A stretch of 63,678 nucleotides of DNA, filler included, from Octopus bimaculoides (taxonomy: Eukaryota), in the NCBI RefSeq assembly GCF_001194135.2. It is 8 parts of 8 records of this genome, joined end to end, with 100 filler letters (N's around TTAATTAATTAA, not from the genome) between each part and the next. Parts side by side here need not be neighbours in the genome. Positions count along the whole stretch, not along the records: positions 46,562 to 55,813 come from NC_068992.1; positions 55,914 to 58,299 come from NC_068997.1; positions 58,400 to 60,149 come from NC_069007.1; positions 60,250 to 62,223 come from NW_026303013.1; positions 62,324 to 63,678 come from NW_026373730.1; 3 more parts are not named here. One strand, given 5' to 3'. Numbering within the stretch: position 1 is the first letter of the stretch; the number at the start of each line of letters is the position of its first letter. The notes beneath the pieces are model-generated. The model saw nothing but the letters and a program-made list of their open reading frames with translations, did no database searches and was not told the DNA's origin. This document shows positions 51,906-63,678 of the stretch, piece by piece. A program made the translations under genes and the position numbers.

Positions 51906-52438
51906 TATATTTAAGCTGACGTCAATTCCTCTGTGGTGCTGTTTGCATTTATAATAAAATAAATATATACAAATTATAAAAATAACTAAAAAAAAATATA
52001 CAGTACTGTTTCTACTTCATGGATTTGATGATTGTTAAGGGATTACTGCATATCATAAACATACATGATAAGAATAATAATATTAATGAAGTGGGAACAT
52101 CATTACATGATGACAATGATAACAGAAAAATGGTTGTAATGATGACAGAGACGATGATAACAGTGATGTTGGTGATGATGTTGACAACATAAACAGTAGC
52201 ATGGCAATGACAATTCCAACAGATGAATGCCAACCATGGTGACAGAAGAATGATGATGATGACTGCAAAGGCACAATATCACCATTGTCACCCACAACCA
52301 CCACCATTACCATCATCATTATTATTATCAGTTATATCAACAGACAATGAGAGAGGAAGATTTAGAAAGGAGGGGAGTTAGAGGCTGAAAGAGAGTGAGA
52401 AGTGAAGCGAAGTGAAACAAGTCGGGATTTGAACTTAC

Positions 52439-52516
52439 ATGTGTTTAGCACCAGCATTAATCCGTAAGTCGTGCTTAATCAAGCGAATCACCATTTTCAG
52501 ATCGTTACCTGTACAC
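52439..52516 (-). CDS. LIG3: DNA ligase III coding exon 3 of 8 visible
   Basis: tag|G TGT...AT|gtaag; 78 nt, phase 2-2; CTGNDLKMVIRLIKHDLRINAGAKH(I), similar to LIG3 CTANDLKCIIRLIKHDLKMNSGAKHV. Confidence 0.94.
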
Positions 52517-52789
52517 CTAACATTAAAAAGGAAACTGGGATCAAACATAGAATAACAACAACAATAATAAAGGTTTCGAGTTTTGGCACTGAGCCAGCAG
52601 TTTTTGAGGGGAGGAGGAAGACAATTACATTGATCTCGAAAGAATGAAAGGCAAAGTCGACATCAGCGGAATTTGAATTCAGAACGCAAACATGGATAAA
52701 ATGCCACTAAGCCTTTTGTCCAGCATGTTAACAGTTTTGCCATCTTACCACCTTAACAACAACAACAATAATAATAATAATGATCATTA

Positions 52790-53157
52790 GGAATGGCTTT
52801 GTGGTAAGAAGCTTGGTTCCAGGTTCAGTCCCACTGCATAGCACTTTGGGCAAGTGTCTTTTACTTGAGCCTTGGGGTCGACCAAAGCCATACGAGTGGA
52901 TTCGACGAAAGGAAAGTGAAAGAAACCCCATCACGTATGTGTATGCGTCTTTGTCTGTGTTTGTCCTCCACCACCACTTGACAACCAGTATTGGTTTGTT
53001 TACATCCTCATAACCTAACAGTTCAGTAAAAGCAACTGATAAATAAGTACCAGGCTTAAAAAAAGTATTAGGGTCAATTTGTCCAACTAAAATTCCTCAG
53101 GGTGGTGCCCAAACATGGACACAGTCAGATGACTGAAACAAGTAAAAGATAAAAGAT
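52790..53157 (+). mobile_element. Full-length SINE in a LIG3 intron (antisense to the gene)
   Basis: GGCTTTGTGGTAAGAAGC..GGTTCAGTCCC..GGGCAAGTGTCTT..GACTGAAACAAGTAAAAGATAAAAGA. Confidence 0.82.
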
Positions 53158-53354
53158 ATTGTACCTGACCGGGAGAGGAAGAATCAGTCTGAAGTGCTTG
53201 TTGTTTGATGTCTGAAACAGGCAGGCATTTATGCATGAAACAGAATACAACATGCAGCAGACAACACTTTAAAAAGTCTTGATATAAAAACAATGAATTG
53301 GATGTTTTACATCCCTTTCAAGGAATTGCTTTTTCCTTCATTTGTTTCATTATA

Positions 53355-53396
<42 letters not shown>

Positions 53397-53992
53397 CATA
53401 AGCATTTATAATCCATAGCCTCGATGTCCCAACATGTCCATTAAATTCATAAAAGCAAGAAGCAAGAATGCTGCTAACTGCTATTGATCTAACCTGCAAG
53501 AGAACCCCATAATAGAAATTTCTCTTTTACTCATCTGTCATAAGTCAGTTGTGATAGTGGTGAGTATACAGAGATCATTGTTGCAGTTGTGTTGCCTCTG
53601 ACTGATCTCGATTACTTTTGACACACACCTCAGTTTCTATATCCATTTATCTGCCAACAAACCAGCTACTGTACCCCACCTAGAACTGATACTTGTTTGA
53701 TTTTTCTTACATGTCTTTTGTTTTGTTTTTTCTTGTTTTTTTTTTTCTTTATTCATTTATTCTTTATTTTGTCTGTGAAGAATCTGGCTGAGTCTCTTCT
53801 CCATCTGACATCTTGCAGACAGGAAACACTTCCACTCACCTCTGCTCTGGTGGTGGAAACCCTGATGCTTTGTACCAGACAGGTAGACGGAGAATCTGTC
53901 TGGAGCGTTTGTTGTTTGATGTCTGTTACAGGCAGGCATTCATGTATGCAGCAGAAAACACTTTAAATGTCTTGATATAAAAAACATTTTAC

Positions 53993-54072
53993 CTTTTAGC
54001 AATTTTGGTGAGATATCTCTGTTGATCGTCTTCTTTAGTAACTTTTGAGAGATCTGTTAAAAGTTGATCCAC
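53993..54072 (-). CDS. LIG3: DNA ligase III coding exon 2 of 8 visible
   Basis: cag|GTG...AG|gtaaaa; 80 nt, phase 0-2; VDQLLTDLSKVTKEDDQQRYLTKIAK(R), similar to LIG3 VDEFLLRLSKLTKEDEQQQALQDIASR. Confidence 0.92.
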
Positions 54073-54938
54073 CTGGAATGGACAGTACCAGATACAAATA
54101 TAAACACACACATATTTATAAGCAAACACTCTTTCAAACATGTATGCTGTTGCTCATAAAAAGGCACTCACTTTTGTGTGAATGTATGTTTATATATACA
54201 AGTGCACACAGCTATATTTATATATTTATATATATATATATATATATATNNNNNNNNNNNNNNNNNNNNNNNNNNNNNNNNNNNNNNNNNNNNNNNNNNN
54301 NNNNNNNNNNNNNNNNNNNNNNNNNNNNNNNNNNNNNNNNNNNNNNNNNNNNNNNNNNNNNNNNNNNNNNNNNNNNNNNNNNNNNNNNNNNNNNNNNNNN
54401 NNNNNNNNNNNNNNNNNNNNNNNNNNNNNNNNNNNNNNNNNNNNNNNNNNNNNNNNNNNNNNNNNNNNNNNNNNNNNNNNNNNNNNNNNNNNNNNNNNNN
54501 NNNNNNNNNNNNNNNNNNNNNNNNNNNNNNNNNNNNNNNNNNNNNNNNNNNNNNNNNNNNNNNNNNNNNNNNNNNNNNNNNNNNNNNNNNNNNNNNNNNN
54601 NNNNNNNNNNNNNNNNNNNNNNNNNNNNNNNNNNNNNNNNNNNNNNNNNNNNNNNNNNNNNNNNNNNNNNNNNNNNNNNNNNNNNNNNNNNNNNNNNNNN
54701 NNNNNNNNNNNNNNNNNNNNNNNNNNNNNNNNNNNNNNNNNNNNNNNNNNNNNNNNNNNNNNNNNNNNNNNNNNNNNNNNNNNNNNNNNNNNNNNNNNNN
54801 NNNNNNNNNNNNNNNNNNNNNNNNNNNNNNNNNNNNNNNNNNNNNNNNNNNNNNNNNNNNNNNNNNNNNNNNNNNNNNNNNNNNNNNNNNNNNNNNNNNN
54901 NNNNNNNNNNNNNNNNNNNNNNNNNNNNNNNNNNNNNN

Positions 54939-54970
<32 letters not shown>

Positions 54971-55319
54971 CACACACATACACATATATTTATATACACA
55001 GATGCACAAACACGCACATTTATATTTATACACATATACACACACACACATATATATAATCATCAACATTGATTAACATCCATTTCCCATGCTGGCATGG
55101 GTTGGATGGTTCAAGCCAGAGGGCCGCATCAAGCTCCATTATCTTCTTTGACAGTTTCTATGGCAGCATTCACTTTACAGAATGTACTAGGTGCAATACT
55201 CTTGGCACAAACACTAGTGTGTATAAACACACACACACACAAATACACTATCACCAATTCCAATAGGCAAACTGGGGCATTAATTCTAAAGACACTTTCA
55301 AAAGATTGAATTCACTTAC

Positions 55320-55406
55320 TTCCTGTATTGAGATGGTGCTTTTCTTCTGAGGTAGCAACTTGCTGTTGTTTTCAAAGAACATCCGGATAGTTTCAGCAAC
55401 ATCCCC
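55320..55406 (-). CDS. LIG3: DNA ligase III, internal coding exon (first of 8 visible; DNA-binding domain)
   Basis: cag|GGG...GAA|gtaag; 87 nt, phase 0-0; translates GDVAETIRMFFENNSKLLPQKKSTISIQE, matching the recalled vertebrate LIG3 segment GDVSETIRVFFEQ...TIQE. Confidence 0.93.
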
Positions 55407-55517
55407 CTGTTGACAGAATTTCAATGGATTTATTTATATTTAGGTTTTTAAAAATACTTCTATCTAACATTAACACAACACTTAATTGACTTTCTACAAT
55501 TAATTAACTAGTTAGAT

Positions 55518-55553
<36 letters not shown>

Positions 55554-55566
55554 AATAAATACATGT

Positions 55567-55705
55567 ATCATCATCATCATCATCATCGTTTAACGTCTGC
55601 CTTCCAAGCTGGCATGGGTTAGACAGTTTGACTGAGGACTGGCGAGCAAGAAGGCTGCACCAGGCTCCAATCTGATCTGGCAAAGTTTCCACAGCTGGAT
55701 GCCCA
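55567..55705 (+). mobile_element. Interspersed repeat starting at (CAT)n-CGTTTAACGTC
   Basis: Related copies at about 48524-48715 and 55070-55210 share GCTGGCATGGGTT and GGATGCCC-like blocks. Confidence 0.65.
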
Positions 55706-56203
55706 TACATACATATATAATACATACATACATAATACATACATACATAATACATACTTAATACATACATACTTAATACATACATACATGTATAATATAT
55801 ATATATATATATANNNNNNNNNNNNNNNNNNNNNNNNNNNNNNNNNNNNNNNNNNNNTTAATTAATTAANNNNNNNNNNNNNNNNNNNNNNNNNNNNNNN
55901 NNNNNNNNNNNNNGTTACGAAAACTACTTACAAATTGGAGACGCTGCGTTCAGTCATGTAAAAACAAATAGTAAATGAGTATATGCATATATACGTACAG
56001 GTATGTGCATACCGACATCCACCTGTATGTATAGGTGCATATCTGGGTACAGGACATTGCAAATAAAACGTAGACGAGAAAACACACAAGCCACATAGAG
56101 AACATTCTACTTCATCAGCTACCCCCGTTTTAACATGCATGTATATATTATTTATATTATTATTTAATTGAACGCCACGCATCCATTTCCAAATATATAT
56201 GTA

Positions 56204-56239
<36 letters not shown>

Positions 56240-56264
56240 ATTATTATTATTATTATTATTATTA

Positions 56265-56334
<70 letters not shown>

Positions 56335-56540
56335 AAATTTGGGATTTTACCAATAGAACTGCAACTCCTATTTCAGGATAACCTTATTGTATAGAATTCA
56401 CATAAAAAGTTATATCCAATAAAATAATATAAGCATTTAAAAAGCCTATTATAAAATACAATAAAATCATTTGAAAAATATTTGATAAATATATATAACT
56501 TACCCGTTATTAGTCTGTGGTGAAAAAATATATTTTTAAT

Positions 56541-56626
56541 CAACACTACACGTGTTTCTGCGCTGGTGGGGTGTTTATTAAGGTTACACCTAATACATAA
56601 ATCCACCAGTGCGTCCTCAGGCTATA
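56541..56626 (-). ncRNA. Hammerhead-like motif with intact core and weak stem I
   Basis: Minus strand: TATAGC-CTGAGGA-C-GCACTGGTGG-...-CCACCAGCGC-A-GAAA-CACGTG-TA^GTGTTG. 10-bp stem II with one mismatch; same ACACGTGT palindrome as the motif at 38-120. Confidence 0.55.
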
Positions 56627-56657
56627 TATCTTATTGTTATTATTATTAACGTATGTT

Positions 56658-56698
<41 letters not shown>

Positions 56699-56750
56699 NN
56701 NNNNNNNNTATATATATATATATATATATATATACATACATAAATATATG

Positions 56751-56784
<34 letters not shown>

Positions 56785-57341
56785 CACACACACACACATG
56801 TATACGTACACACATATATATATACATATATATACATACGTATGTATATGTATCTCCTTTTCTCTCTCTCTCTTTCTCTTTCTCTCTCACTCTCCCTCCC
56901 TCTCATAGCGGTTTGGCAAAAGAGACCGGTTGAATAAGTACCAGGTTTAGAAAATAAGGCGGTACCCCAGCATGGTTGCAGTCTAATGACTGAAACAAGT
57001 AAAAGATAAAAAAAAGAATAAAGGATAATATGAAATTAAGTTACGGGAAAGTAAACAAACGAACACCAGTTGTCAAGCATTGGTGGGGGAACTAACACAG
57101 AGACAGAGACACATATACACACACATACGTGCACACACATATGCATATATATCTACGACGAGCTTCCTGGCAGTTTCCGTCAACCAAATTCACTCGCGAG
57201 GCACTGGTGGTCTCGGAGCTACATAGTAGAAGATACGTGCGCATTGGGATTGAACCCGAAATCATGTGTTTGCTAAGTGAGCTTCTTCACCACACTGCTA
57301 TGCCTGCCACACCCCTACCTCGCCAATGCGCGCGCGCACGC

Positions 57342-57442
<101 letters not shown>

Positions 57443-57954
57443 CATATGTATGTGTTTGTGTGTTTATGTACGCATCCTTCGTTCGCCGATTTGTATCAAC
57501 GCAGAATATAAAGATCGGTAAAAACAAAACAGAAAACGACAACAACCGAATGGAGTCCCTTGTGATAAATGCTGTGCAGTAAGTTACAGACACTCCCTTT
57601 GTTTCTTTTGTCGTCAGAAATGTCGTGAACCGGTGAGCGACCTGTTTAGAAGCATGTAAACCAACGAGGTTATTGTTGTCAGATGGAATCAGTAAATCAA
57701 CAAATAAACAAACCAATATGTAGGTCTACTTGATTAGAGCACGGGTCAAATAGCAACAACGCTCGACGTGCTCGAAATAGCTGTCAAAGTGTCTCAAATC
57801 ACAACCCTACTGTTGTGAAAAAGGAAGGGCACATTTAATAATGTGGCCTAAGATAGTTCTAAAGAACAGGCTGGTCCTAGCTAGAATGCCTTTGGTTTTA
57901 GGACTGTTTGATCTGCAGAGAACTGAAGCTAAACACCAGCGTCAACGACCAGGA

Positions 57955-57985
<31 letters not shown>

Positions 57986-58399
57986 AGCGACTACAATACT
58001 ACTACCACCACCATCTACTACTACATCAACTACAGCCAAAACAACGGCTCTAACAATCAGAACTGAGATGAAAACTATTAGTCAGGCATTAAATTACGTA
58101 ACAACAAAAGAGGACAGTTGCCCGGATGTAAGATGAACAGAAATGTGTAAACATCAACTGCAGTAACAACAACAAGTGCATCACCACCACCACCACCACA
58201 ACCCCCGTCGCCGCCGCCGCCACCACCACCACCACAACAACAATAACAACAACAACGACAACTGCTACCAACACCCACTACCACAGCCATCGCCACCGTN
58301 NNNNNNNNNNNNNNNNNNNNNNNNNNNNNNNNNNNNNNNNNNNTTAATTAATTAANNNNNNNNNNNNNNNNNNNNNNNNNNNNNNNNNNNNNNNNNNNN

Positions 58400-58680
58400 G
58401 CTCCACGAGGCTCCGGCATGGGATGGTGGCGAACCCTGCTGTACTCTTTCACCACAACTTTCTCTCACTCTTACTTCCTGTTTCTGTTGTGCCTGTGCCT
58501 GTAATTCAAAGGGTCAGCCTTGTCACACTCTGTGTCACGCTGAATATCCCCGAGAACTACGTTAAGGGTACACGTGTCTGTGGAGTGCTCAGCCACTTGC
58601 ACGTTAATTTCACGAGCAGGCTGTTGTGTTGATCAGATAAACTGGAACCATTGACGTCGTAAGCGCCGGAGTGCCAACAA
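58400..58680 (+). mobile_element. SINE body and 3' end, same family as 23168-23452
   Basis: GCTCCACGAGGCTCCGGCA..CCCCGAGAACTACGTTAAGGGTACACGTG shared with the reverse complement of 23168-23345. Confidence 0.85.
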
Positions 58681-59354
58681 TGGTGTGGTTGTCGTTGTTA
58701 ATGTTATTAATGAGCGTGGTGACATTGGGGGCGCTGATGTAACTGTTGCTGTCGTTGGAGTAGCCATTGTTGTTATTTTTCTATTGTTGTAATTATTGCG
58801 CCGATTATTGATGTTGATGTTTCTGTATCTGCCATCCTTGTATTTATTTGCCTCGTTATCGTTGTTGTTGTCGATGTTGCTATTGTTGCTGTTACTGTGG
58901 TGGTCATGGTGGTGGTGGTGGTTGTTTGGGGAGTGGTTGCTGTTTCGCTGTTCAACACTTTACAACAGTCACGATCGTTTGGTATAAACACTTGCCAGGT
59001 TTATTGATGTCTGCACGTTGGCCGTCTGCATTGTATGTCACATAGAATCACGCTGACACGCACATATACATACGTATCTACACATAAGTATATACACGCG
59101 TATACATATCCATTTAAACATAAATACACACCGACTCACACACACACATATATATATATATATACAAACAATTATAATGTATATATATGCACATATATAT
59201 GNNNNNNNNNNGTGGTTAATATATGAATGTGAAATATAACATTTAGCGTATGGAACTCAGAGACACGACAGGAAGACAGAACACGTATCCTGTTATTTGT
59301 TACCATGTATCGTACATCTGCACCATCGTTAGTGGTATAATATGTGTGTATATA

Positions 59355-59390
<36 letters not shown>

Positions 59391-59906
59391 TAAATATATG
59401 TATGCATGCATGTATATATGTATATATGTATTAAAAACCTCGAAACAAACATTACTATGTGATTTTTACCTCGTCGATGGCAGCAATTTGTGTTGAATGC
59501 AATCTTCCGTAAGAGGCAATGATAAAAACAGGCGACGTGATAAAATCAATTAGATTTGAGACCTAATGGCGATGTAGATGATATCATTTGGCATTCAGAT
59601 AAATAAGTGAAGGAACACAGGAATATCAAGTGTCTCACAGATTTCGTCTTCTTTCACTTAACTGTAGCTACGGCATCGTACGTTAGAAGGTTCCAAGGAA
59701 TACGATAGCATAAATAGTTCGGTGCCTGTGACAGGGATTCCTGTAATCGGTAGAATGTCTGCAATTTTCGGTTTGTAGATTAAATCGGCCACTGTGCTCA
59801 ACAGCTGCTTATTTTATGGACCCCGAAAGAATCAAAGGTAAAGCTGACCTCGACGGAAATCGAACTCAGAAGGTAAAAACAGATTACTGTGCCAACTCAC
59901 CGCATT

Positions 59907-59961
<55 letters not shown>

Positions 59962-60118
59962 GCCCAGATGCAGTACTAGGCAATGACTCTCATGTCTTCT
60001 GATCTCAATTGATTGGAAGTGTTATCAAGTACATTGTTTGCTATGGTATAAAAAGACGGGCTACAGCAAATATATATATGTATGTATATATGATATTGAA
60101 TGTATGTATATGTATATG

Positions 60119-60149
<31 letters not shown>

Positions 60150-60318
60150 NNNNNNNNNNNNNNNNNNNNNNNNNNNNNNNNNNNNNNNNNNNNTTAATTA
60201 ATTAANNNNNNNNNNNNNNNNNNNNNNNNNNNNNNNNNNNNNNNNNNNNATATATATATATACATACGTATATACATATCGATGTGAATTCTTGATGTGA
60301 ATTCGTGTATTGAAACAG

Positions 60319-60546
60319 ATATTGTTGTGTTTATGGATGGTCATGTTGCCAGTTTAGCCAATGAAAACACACGCACTATATATTTGGTCTTCACTTGCTT
60401 CAGCTTTATTTTTATTTTATATTAATTTTATTGTAGTGTATTAATTGTATATAAAATAAAGTTGAAGCAAGTGAACACCAAATATATAGTGCGTGTGTTT
60501 TCATTGGATAAACTGGCAACATGACCATTCCCAAATACAACAATAT
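60319..60546. mobile_element. Palindromic MITE-like foldback element
   Basis: About 93-bp inverted arms with about 7 mismatches and a partly self-complementary AT-rich centre, in a (TA)n context. Confidence 0.75.
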
Positions 60547-62000
60547 ATATATGTACTGTACGTCTGTACCCATGTATGTATGTACGTAGGAATGCATGTA
60601 TATATGTACGTCTGTATGCATGTATGTATGTATGTATGTATGTATGTATGTATGTATGTACGGATGTATGCATGTACTTTTCCACGTATGTACGTATACA
60701 CGTAAGCACGTATGTACGTGCTACGCATTTACGTGCGTACATATGTACGTAGGTACGTCTGTATCCATGTATGTATGCATGTATATGGGTATGTACATAT
60801 GTATATATGTATGTATATACGTATGTAGGTATCGTTACGCCCCACGCGGCCTCCCGAAACCACCTACAACATAAGTCTGTGTTCTTAGCTCAGAAGACTA
60901 CACAGGCGAGCTCAGCAAACCAACTTGCTTAGAGCGGAAGGAGCAGTAGTCAAAGAANNNNNNNNNNNNNNNNNNNNNNNNNNNNNNNNNNNNNNNNNNN
61001 NNNNNNNNNNNNNNNNNNNNNNNNNNNNNNNNNNNNNNNNNNNNNNNNNNNNNNNNNNNNNNNNNNNNNNNNNNNNNNNNNNNNNNNNNNNNNNNNNNNN
61101 NNNNNNNNNNNNNNNNNNNNNNNNNNNNNNNNNNNNNNNNNNNNNNNNNNNNNNNNNNNNNNNNNNNNNNNNNNNNNNNNNNNNNNNNNNNNNNNNNNNN
61201 NNNNNNNNNNNNNNNNNNNNNNNNNNNNNNNNNNNNNNNNNNNNNNNNNNNNNNNNNNNGAAAATAACAAGCCAAACCGTTGAGTATAGCCAAAATAAAA
61301 GAACTTTTAATTAAGAGGCGAATAAGCATTTATAGAATGGATAGACAGTTCTTTAGAGAGTTTTCAGAGAGTTCTTTCATTTACCTCTGAATGTATAGAC
61401 TTCTTTTGATGAGCTCTTCTTTTATTCACCAGTCTAATGATTTATTTTCTCTTTTTTTATCTTTCTTTCTCTTTCGACTGGACTCTGTTGTTACTTCCGA
61501 ATTCACTTTAGTCCCGTAATCATTCCGCATTCTTTATGTTGCCAAATTCACACTTTTTCACAGCAAATTCAAAACCGTCCTCTGTTCACATTAACCGCTA
61601 AATACTCTACACCAAATACTGTGTCAACTGTTCCACACGAATTTGCCTGGCATCATCTCACACATCGATCGCAAGGCACCGGCTACTACATAAAACCATT
61701 CACATCGAAGGGGATGGGGAGGAAAAGAATTGGCAAATAGTCCCCCCCCCCACACACTTAAAGGAAAGAAAAGAAGAAGACAAAAAACGCACCCACTCGA
61801 ACAGAGAATACTGGTAGGTTTGAACACATGGAGATGGATAGCACTAGCAGCAACAATAACACACAACTCCCAACAACAGTTCTATTGATACAGCCAACAA
61901 TAATATCGCCATCACTATCTCTGCAACCATCACCGACGCTATTCAGTTTACGCACACAACAAACAAAAACTAGAAATTATAAACTTGACTGCCTCTATGT

Positions 62001-62223
62001 TTGGATGTGATAGCCGTCAGCGAAACCACGCACCTTTGCACCCATTTTTGACGATTTTGAAATTTACGCATCTATTAGTCGGCTTGGAATTGGAGGCGGG
62101 GGTGGCAGTGCTGCTCAGGAAAGGATTGGATCTCAAGGGACGGGCAATCTTCCTGGACCCGGAAGGTAAACTTGTGGTCCTTGACGTGAGCAATAGCGAA
62201 GTTAGTGCTTTTAGACTGGTCGC
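62001..62223 (+). mobile_element. APE endonuclease N-terminal fragment of a LINE (L1/Tx1-like)
   Basis: LDVIAVSET / TFAPIFDDFEIYAS..G / GVAVLLRKGLDLKGRAIFLDPEGKLVVLDVSNSEVSAFRLV; frameshifted and cut by a synthetic join. Confidence 0.8.
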
Positions 62224-63678
62224 NNNNNNNNNNNNNNNNNNNNNNNNNNNNNNNNNNNNNNNNNNNNTTAATTAATTAANNNNNNNNNNNNNNNNNNNNN
62301 NNNNNNNNNNNNNNNNNNNNNNNCACAAATACCCACGCATGCACGTGCACAAATAGATGAACATAGATAGATACTTATGTAATTTAAAAACAGGAAATAA
62401 CAGACACGCATAGATAAATGCAAACTGTGTGAAACTGAAACCGAAAATAGGACATCGTAAGCACTTGAGCTTATGTTATGCAGCCATCAATACACGAGGC
62501 GTGTTGTAGTGGCCAGAACATTATACAATGTAATTCGTAGAAAGAATATTCCTGCAAATGCTTTAAAAGACTTACATAAAAATATATATAAATATATTGG
62601 TGAGGATGAATGTCATCGTAAATAATAGGATACAACTGAGAAGCGAAGTTTCGTTGAGAATTCAGCAAACAAGGATCAAGGATTAAATGTCTGGATCTAG
62701 AGCGATGCACATGATTCAGAAATATAAATAATGTTTCTTGTGTTTTAGAACACGTCGTTTTAGAAATAAAGATATCGAATATTGAACTGCATGCTATAAA
62801 TCACTGTTATTTATTGTATAGACCTCAAGTAATAGATATGGTCTAATGAAACAATGCGACAAAATATACGGGCGTGTAGTTGAGCCGAGAGTATAAATCA
62901 TTTATCTAAACACGATTTATAAACGATCATCATGTGTATTTTATATGAGTTAGTGAGAGAAGGAAGGGAGTGTCGTTGGCCCTTTCCCAGACCATCAAGA
63001 GTGTAGTTGGCCCTTTCCAGACCATCAAGTCTTAAAGGAAGCTAACATCTCAGCCTTGACAAGGCCTGAATTTACGTGACAGCGTAGATTTATTTAACGG
63101 ATTGTGTGGTGTCCGCTGAATACAGCAACAGATTAAGTCTACCAGGGATTATAAATATTAGGGATTATTACAAGATTATAAGTGTGCTTCGCTGGATTTC
63201 ATGAGACGTTGATCTTTACATAATCTAGCATCATCAATCCGGTGTTCCTAGAAATATAGTTATTATTTGTTGTTGTGTTAGGTTGAGGAAAAGCTTAATC
63301 GACTAGGCCCCTGCCGAAAGGTTTCCCAGCTGGAACAAATTTCTCCTTTTCTCCTTTCGATCTTGTATATTTCGGATATATTATTCAAGATGTACTTCCG
63401 ACCTTTTAAAATGATAGGCTAATGATTGAGAAGCTATTTCCAAAAACATGAAACAGAGACGGGGATACATTTTAGAAAACCACTGATAAACTCAAAAGGT
63501 TTCAGAACCTGTTGGGAATCGTCAGCGTTGAAAAGCGTAGTGAATATGTTCTTTTAGGAATTCATAGATTTGCAGATTATAATGTTTTGGACTTACGGCT
63601 TATATATTTTATTTTTCATAAAGCTTTCAGAGAACTTCGAAGAGGCGGATTGAAATTAAAGTATGGCTAAAATTTCGC

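Noticed and set aside
61300-61690. Purine-rich minus-strand stretch resembling LINE ORF2 linker
   Set aside because: Many stops and no diagnostic motif; not assignable by eye.
62969-63030. About 30-bp near-tandem duplication GTTGGCCCTTTCC(C)AGACCATCAAG
   Set aside because: Ordinary two-copy slippage duplication with no further structure.
63490-63530. CTGACGA..GAAA on the minus strand
   Set aside because: Stems I and II do not pair convincingly.

Overview
Eukaryotic, AT-rich, microsatellite- and SINE-dense DNA. The repeat families and composition point to a coleoid cephalopod, most likely Octopus (inference, no search run). Roughly 6 kb is N. Seven identical 100-bp synthetic spacers (44 N + TTAATTAATTAA + 44 N) split the window into eight contigs whose order and orientation are not guaranteed. 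One host gene is firmly supported: eight consecutive minus-strand exons of DNA ligase III (LIG3) at 47487-55406. They have GT-AG boundaries and compatible phases, and total 864 nt / 288 codons, covering the end of the DNA-binding domain and the adenylation domain with the EIKYDGER active site. Both ends of the gene are missing from its contig. The rest is decayed mobile DNA: Penelope-like element (PLE) RT and GIY-YIG fragments, a Hero-type RLE retrotransposon, an APE-LINE fragment, mariner, Tc1, an internally deleted Chapaev-like transposase, hAT, piggyBac and Kolobok-like non-autonomous elements, and many tRNA-derived SINEs. The most notable signal the ORF track does not explain is a set of six minimal type-I hammerhead-ribozyme-like motifs with short, mostly palindromic stem III. 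Three have intact catalytic cores, several share non-canonical features (C.A or U.U at the base of stem II, U4C), and one lies in sense orientation in a LIG3 intron. All folds and alignments were done by eye. Most ORFs in the supplied track are microsatellite or N-gap artefacts.
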